A stretch of DNA of 64,000 bases from Vulcanimicrobiota bacterium (GTDB lineage: Bacteria; Vulcanimicrobiota; Vulcanimicrobiia; Vulcanimicrobiales; Vulcanimicrobiaceae): NCBI GenBank assembly GCA_963733295.1, contig CAVTCS010000003.1, positions 544,001-608,000 of the forward strand. Direction: 5' to 3'. Shown here one piece after another: positions 57,721-64,000 of the stretch (position 1 is its first letter; every line of letters starts with the position of its first letter). The notes under the pieces were generated by a model that had not been told where the DNA came from, did no database searches, and worked only from the letters and a program-made list of their open reading frames with translations. Both the position numbers and the translations under genes were made by a program.

Positions 57721-58296
57721 GTGCCCGTCACACCTGACGACGTCGAAGCGATCGTTTTCAGCGCCGATGAGATTTCAGCGACCGTGACGCGATTGGCGCG
57801 GGAGATCGCAAACGATTACGCCTCGCGACCCGTCCTACTGTTAGGAGTGTTGAAAGGTGCGCTGTTCTTGATCGCCGACCTGGCCAGGGCACTGCCGCCG
57901 GCCCTCGATGCAGGCATCGACTTCCTGGCAGTTTCGAGTTATGGGAACTCGCATGCCTCGAGCGGCGAAGTCCGCCTCCTCAAGGATACGAGCGAAAGTG
58001 TCGAGGGTAAACACGTAGTGATCGTCGAGGACATCGTCGACCACGGGCTCACCTTGCAGTACCTCCACGACTTACTGGGACGTCGCAACCCCGCCTCGCT
58101 CCGCTCCTGCGTCTTACTGGATAAACCGTACCGGCGCCTGACGGACGTTCGGATCGACTACCGAGGGCTCGTCGCCCCCGACACCTTCATCGTAGGGTAC
58201 GGGTTGGACTACCAAGAAAAGTTTAGATCCCTTCCTTATCTAGCGAAACTCCGGTCGCGGGTTTTCGAGGATCAAGGGACCGGACAGATAGGATAG
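57721..58296 (+). CDS. hpt: Hypoxanthine phosphoribosyltransferase
   Basis: GVLKGA, VSSYG, VVIVEDIVDHGLT, LLDK, VGYGLDY. Confidence 0.95.
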   Translation: MPVTPDDVEAIVFSADEISATVTRLAREIANDYASRPVLLLGVLKGALFLIADLARALPPALDAGIDFLAVSSYGNSHASSGEVRLLKDTSESVEGKHVVIVEDIVDHGLTLQYLHDLLGRRNPASLRSCVLLDKPYRRLTDVRIDYRGLVAPDTFIVGYGLDYQEKFRSLPYLAKLRSRVFEDQGTGQIG

Positions 58297-58307
58297 GCAT
58301 AGGCACG

Positions 58308-60233
<1,926 letters not shown>

Positions 60234-60235
60234 TC

Positions 60236-61567
60236 GTGCGTCTCGTGCCTGCCGTGGCCGCATGCGCGGCAATTTGCATTTTTTCGACGAGTAGCGTGCC
60301 CGCCGCGACGGGCGAACTCCCGAATCTCGGCACGAACGTGTCGATCGGAACGCTCCCGCAAGGCGGAACCTATATCGTCCGCCCCGCCAGCGGCGCGCCG
60401 GTCGCGGCGGTCGAGCTGTGGTATCGCGCGCCCTCGACGGGTTTTGGGCCGAAACCGGTGCCGTCGCTGGCGCGGCTCGCGGCGCAAGTCGTGGCGGCCT
60501 CGAAGCCGCTGATCGGTGATCCTCTCGGCAAGCAGGTCAGCGACGTCGGGGGACGGCTCGCGATCACCGTCTACACCGATTCGATTTCTATCGCCGCCGT
60601 CGTGCCCTCGCAGGAAGCGCGCAAGATCACGCGCTCGCTTACGACGGCGTTCTTCGCGCCGGTCGTCACCGACGACGGCTTTCGCTTCGCTCAACGCGAC
60701 GTCGCGCAAGAGGCTCTCTTGCAGAGTTTCAATCCCGAGACGATCGTGCGCGACGCCGTCTTCGGTTCGCTGTTCAGCAGCGGTCCGCAGCACTACCCGC
60801 CGATCGGCACTCCCAAAGACGTCGCCGCAATTTCGCTCGCGGACGTGCGCGCGTTCGCAACGCGCGCGTTTCGAGCGCAAAACGCGGTCCTCGTCATGAG
60901 CGGCGCAGTCGATCCGGCAATTCAAACTGCCGCGTCGGCCGGTCGCACCGAAACGGGCGAAGCCGCCGCCGCGGAGCCGCCCTCTGATCCGCAAGTCGCC
61001 GCATCGCCGGCGCCGGTCAGCAAGACGTTCGAAGAGCCGTCGGGCGGTTACGGGTGGGTCGGTCCTCCGATCACGAGCGAACGCGAAGCGACCGCGATGG
61101 ATTTCATCGCCGACTACTTGTTCCGGCCCGAAGCCGGCATCGTGACGCGATCGATCGAAGAAGCCTATCCCGATGCGCTGATCAACGGTCAGTTCATCAC
61201 CCTGCGCGACCCGGGCGTGATGTTCGTGGCTTTCTCCGGAAAGAACGTAAGCGAGATTCGCCGCAAGATCGACGAGGGTTTCAGCGTGGTGCGTAAGCCG
61301 CTCGACGCGCGGACCTTCGCGGCCGCCCTGGTTGCTTTTGAGTACCACCTGCTGAGCGATCTCCAAACGCCGTCGGAGATCGCCGACAACTTCGGTTGGT
61401 ACGCGATCGAAGGAAACGCAGCTTACGCTCCGGGTGCGGACGACGAAAGCGGCGCTTACTTCAAATCTGCGAGCCAGTTGACGCCGGAGTTCGTCGCGGC
61501 CACCGCCGAGAAGTACCTGGGCAAGTCGCCGGCGAGCGTGACGCTCGAAACGGAGGCGCCGAAGTGA
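60236..61567 (+). CDS. M16 (insulinase-like) family protein lacking HxxEH
   Basis: Signal peptide; VELWY, HY...GT..V..IS..VRAF, AVLVMSG.VD, LTPE.V...AEKYL. Confidence 0.75.
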   Translation: MRLVPAVAACAAICIFSTSSVPAATGELPNLGTNVSIGTLPQGGTYIVRPASGAPVAAVELWYRAPSTGFGPKPVPSLARLAAQVVAASKPLIGDPLGKQVSDVGGRLAITVYTDSISIAAVVPSQEARKITRSLTTAFFAPVVTDDGFRFAQRDVAQEALLQSFNPETIVRDAVFGSLFSSGPQHYPPIGTPKDVAAISLADVRAFATRAFRAQNAVLVMSGAVDPAIQTAASAGRTETGEAAAAEPPSDPQVAASPAPVSKTFEEPSGGYGWVGPPITSEREATAMDFIADYLFRPEAGIVTRSIEEAYPDALINGQFITLRDPGVMFVAFSGKNVSEIRRKIDEGFSVVRKPLDARTFAAALVAFEYHLLSDLQTPSEIADNFGWYAIEGNAAYAPGADDESGAYFKSASQLTPEFVAATAEKYLGKSPASVTLETEAPK

Positions 61568-62865
61568 AGAACTTGGCCCTGCTCCTTGCCGCCGTGCTGC
61601 TTCTCTGCGGTGAAGCGCCGCTCGGCACCGGCCGCTATCCGCAAGCGGTCTCTTCGGACGTCGGCAACGCGAAACTGTTGGCCGAAAGCGACGCCGGCGC
61701 GGCGGTAAGCGGCGTGCAGATATTCTTGAATGCCGGCTTGGACAAAGAATCCGCAGCGACGAACGGCGTGGCCGCACTCGTCGCGGAATGCATCCTCCGT
61801 ACGCCCGTCGCCTCGGGAAACGGCGAGACGTTACCGGCGCGCGATGCCGTCATCGCGCAGGGAGGCAGCCTCCAATACACGGTCGACGGAAGCACCGTTC
61901 ACTACTACGTCGAGGGCCGCTCGGAGAAGCTTCCCGCGCTCGTCGGCCTGCTCGCGCGCGCTTTCGCCGCCCCCGACTTCTCGCCCGCGACCGTAGCGGC
62001 CGCGCGCCGCTCGCTGTCGACGCGAATCGGCGAGCTGCAAGCGAACGCGCTCTCGGTCGGCATCGAAATGTTCCGGCACTCGTATTACGCGACGAACGCC
62101 GGGTTGCCGGCGCTCGGTACGACGACCTCGCTCGCGACGCTCGGCAGTCGCGATCTGGGCGCATTCTACCAGCAGAACTACAAGCGCAACGGCCTCGTGT
62201 TCAGTGCCGTCGGCAAGACCGGCAGCGCGCTGAGCGAAGCGCTCGCGGCACTGTCCGAGTCGTTGCCGGACGGGGCGGTCGCGACCGTTCCACCCAAAGC
62301 GCGCCCCATTCCCACGACCGCTCCGCGCATCGTCGCGCGGCGTGACGTCGGGGCGCCGATCGTCGTGGTCGGTTTTGCGGCACCGTCGCCCGGTAGCGCC
62401 GACTTCGGAGCGATGGTCGTCCTTGAGTCGCTCTTGTCGAGCTCCTTCGAGCGTTCGAGTTCGACGACGCTCGGTATCGCCGAACGTTCCGTCGGCGCGT
62501 TCTATCTCTATGACTCGGCGCCGGCGAGTTTGGTCGTCTACGTCAACGGAACTCGCGTCGATCCGAGTTTGGCTCTGCGCGAACTCTTGCTGGTCTCAAA
62601 GTCGCTCGCAGCGCGTCCGCTCACGCCCGCGGCGCTGAGCCGTTTCAAGGCGCAAGCCGCCGGCCAATTCGTCATCGATTCGGTCTCGATCTCGGACCGT
62701 GCCTACCTGCTCGGCACGTTTGCGACGCACGGCCTCGGCCCCGATGCGATCAACGCGGCTCTCGCGGCCGTCGACAAGACCACGCCGGCCGACGTGCAGC
62801 GCGTTGCGAAGCAGTATCTGCAGCGCTACATCGTCGCGCTCATTTTGCCCCGGCAGGGCGGCTGA
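61564..62865 (+). CDS. M16 (insulinase-like) family protein lacking HxxEH
   Basis: GTGA overlap; AG...E..NGVA, LGT..SL..L..FYQQNY, TPADVQRVAKQYL. Confidence 0.8.
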   Translation: MKNLALLLAAVLLLCGEAPLGTGRYPQAVSSDVGNAKLLAESDAGAAVSGVQIFLNAGLDKESAATNGVAALVAECILRTPVASGNGETLPARDAVIAQGGSLQYTVDGSTVHYYVEGRSEKLPALVGLLARAFAAPDFSPATVAAARRSLSTRIGELQANALSVGIEMFRHSYYATNAGLPALGTTTSLATLGSRDLGAFYQQNYKRNGLVFSAVGKTGSALSEALAALSESLPDGAVATVPPKARPIPTTAPRIVARRDVGAPIVVVGFAAPSPGSADFGAMVVLESLLSSSFERSSSTTLGIAERSVGAFYLYDSAPASLVVYVNGTRVDPSLALRELLLVSKSLAARPLTPAALSRFKAQAAGQFVIDSVSISDRAYLLGTFATHGLGPDAINAALAAVDKTTPADVQRVAKQYLQRYIVALILPRQGG

Positions 62866-63953
62866 ACACCGCTCTCGTTCACGACTATCTAAACCAGCGC
62901 GGCGGCGCCGAACGAGTTTTCCGCCACATCGCGGACATGTTTCCGCAGGCGCCCGTCTATACGGCGCTCTTCGATCGAGCGGCGATGGGCGATCTCATCG
63001 ATCCGGGGCGCGTCCGCGTATCGGCGCTGCAACGGATCCCTTTCGCGCAGCGAGGTTTTCGCTACCTCGCCCCGCTCTATCCCGCGGTTTTCGAACGCTT
63101 CGATTTGTCGGATTATCGGCTCGTCGTGAGTTCGACCAGCGCTTGGGCCAAGGGCGTGCAAACACGCCCGGGAACGACGCACGTCTGCTACCTGCACACC
63201 GTCAGCCGCTTCGTTTTCGCGTACGATGGGTACCTCGGCGGGTTCGGTCTCGCGCGCGCCGCGCAGCCGATCGTCGCACCGCTAGTCCGCTGGGATCTCG
63301 CAGCGGCGCAGCGTCCCACTGCCTTTATCGCGAACTCGCGCAACGTCGCCGAACGAGCGCGGAAATTCTACGGACGTCCCGCGCGCGTCGTCCACCCGCC
63401 GGTCGACCTCGAACGGTTTTCGGTCGATGAAGGGGGCGGCGACTACTACTTGGTCGTCTCGCGGCTGCTGCCGTACAAGCGCATCGATCTGGCGATCGAG
63501 GCCTGTCGTTTGAGCGGAGCGCGCCTCGTGATCGCCGGCGCCGGTCCGGCGCGGCGCTCGCTCGAACGCGCCGCGGCGGGGACGCGCACGGAGTTTCTCG
63601 GCGCCGTCTCCGACGGGGAAGTGGGCGAACTCATGCGCCGCTCGCGCGCCGTCTTGATTGCGGGCGAAGAAGATTACGGTCTCGTGCCGCTCGAGGCGAA
63701 CGCTTCGGGCCGGCCCGTCCTCGCGTTCGGCGCAGGCGGTGCGCTCGAGACGGTCGTTCCCGGCGTCACAGGCGAATTCTTCAACGAAGCATCGGGGGCG
63801 TCGCTGGCGCGCACGATTGCCGCCTTCGATCCGGCGCGTTACGATCCGGCGCGCCTGCGCGCTCACGCCGAAACATTTTCGCCCGTGGTTTTCAAGCAGC
63901 AATTGCGCGCGGCGATCGACGAAGTTCTATCGGTCGGACGCGAGCCGGCCTAG
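62862..63953 (+). CDS. GT4 family glycosyltransferase, probable CTG start
   Basis: ALVHDYLNQRGGAERV lies upstream of the tracked ATG; EEDYGLVPLEA donor motif. Confidence 0.9.
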   Translation: MNTALVHDYLNQRGGAERVFRHIADMFPQAPVYTALFDRAAMGDLIDPGRVRVSALQRIPFAQRGFRYLAPLYPAVFERFDLSDYRLVVSSTSAWAKGVQTRPGTTHVCYLHTVSRFVFAYDGYLGGFGLARAAQPIVAPLVRWDLAAAQRPTAFIANSRNVAERARKFYGRPARVVHPPVDLERFSVDEGGGDYYLVVSRLLPYKRIDLAIEACRLSGARLVIAGAGPARRSLERAAAGTRTEFLGAVSDGEVGELMRRSRAVLIAGEEDYGLVPLEANASGRPVLAFGAGGALETVVPGVTGEFFNEASGASLARTIAAFDPARYDPARLRAHAETFSPVVFKQQLRAAIDEVLSVGREPA

Positions 63954-64000
63954 CAGGCCGAGCGTACCTCGCGCGAAGCCCTCACGATCGAGCGAAGCGA

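Noticed and set aside
56824..58296. Genuine TilS-Hpt fusion protein
   Set aside because: The middle of the 490-aa ORF is off-frame sequence; the TilS motifs continue in another frame that has its own stop before hpt.

Overview
GC-rich bacterial chromosomal window. The gene style suggests a soil Terrabacteria lineage such as Vulcanimicrobiota/Eremiobacterota; this is inference only. (1) 1-22.7 kb is metabolic and envelope genes: an acetoin/2-oxoacid dehydrogenase E1a-E1b-E2 operon with an SDR and a TRAP DctP, an adenylate cyclase-STAND protein, CitE + CoA-transferase + a second DctP, glpX and class I aldolase, an S8 protease, a multicopper oxidase, and several microproteins below the ORF-track cut-off. 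(2) About 22.8-49.7 kb is an accessory, pseudogene-rich region. Its most striking part is a decayed ~4.6 kb tyrosine-integrase island at tRNA-Ser(UGA) in the unusual 5'-duplicating configuration. An orphan 5' half-tRNA ends exactly at the anticodon loop (24466-24504), and the complete tRNA (29099-29186) is preceded by an integrase C-terminal remnant and arm-like repeats. The cargo is a tandemly duplicated MocR/DUF1579 pair with reciprocal decay plus a hairpin-dense non-coding segment. Further right lie RcnR + a non-canonical P1B-ATPase, many transporters and a MesD-like methionine synthase. (3) 49.8-64 kb is core: serS, moeA, smpB, tilS (frameshifted), hpt, ftsH, two M16 paralogues that both lack the zinc motif, and a GT4. 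All family calls come from motif recognition by eye; no searches were run.
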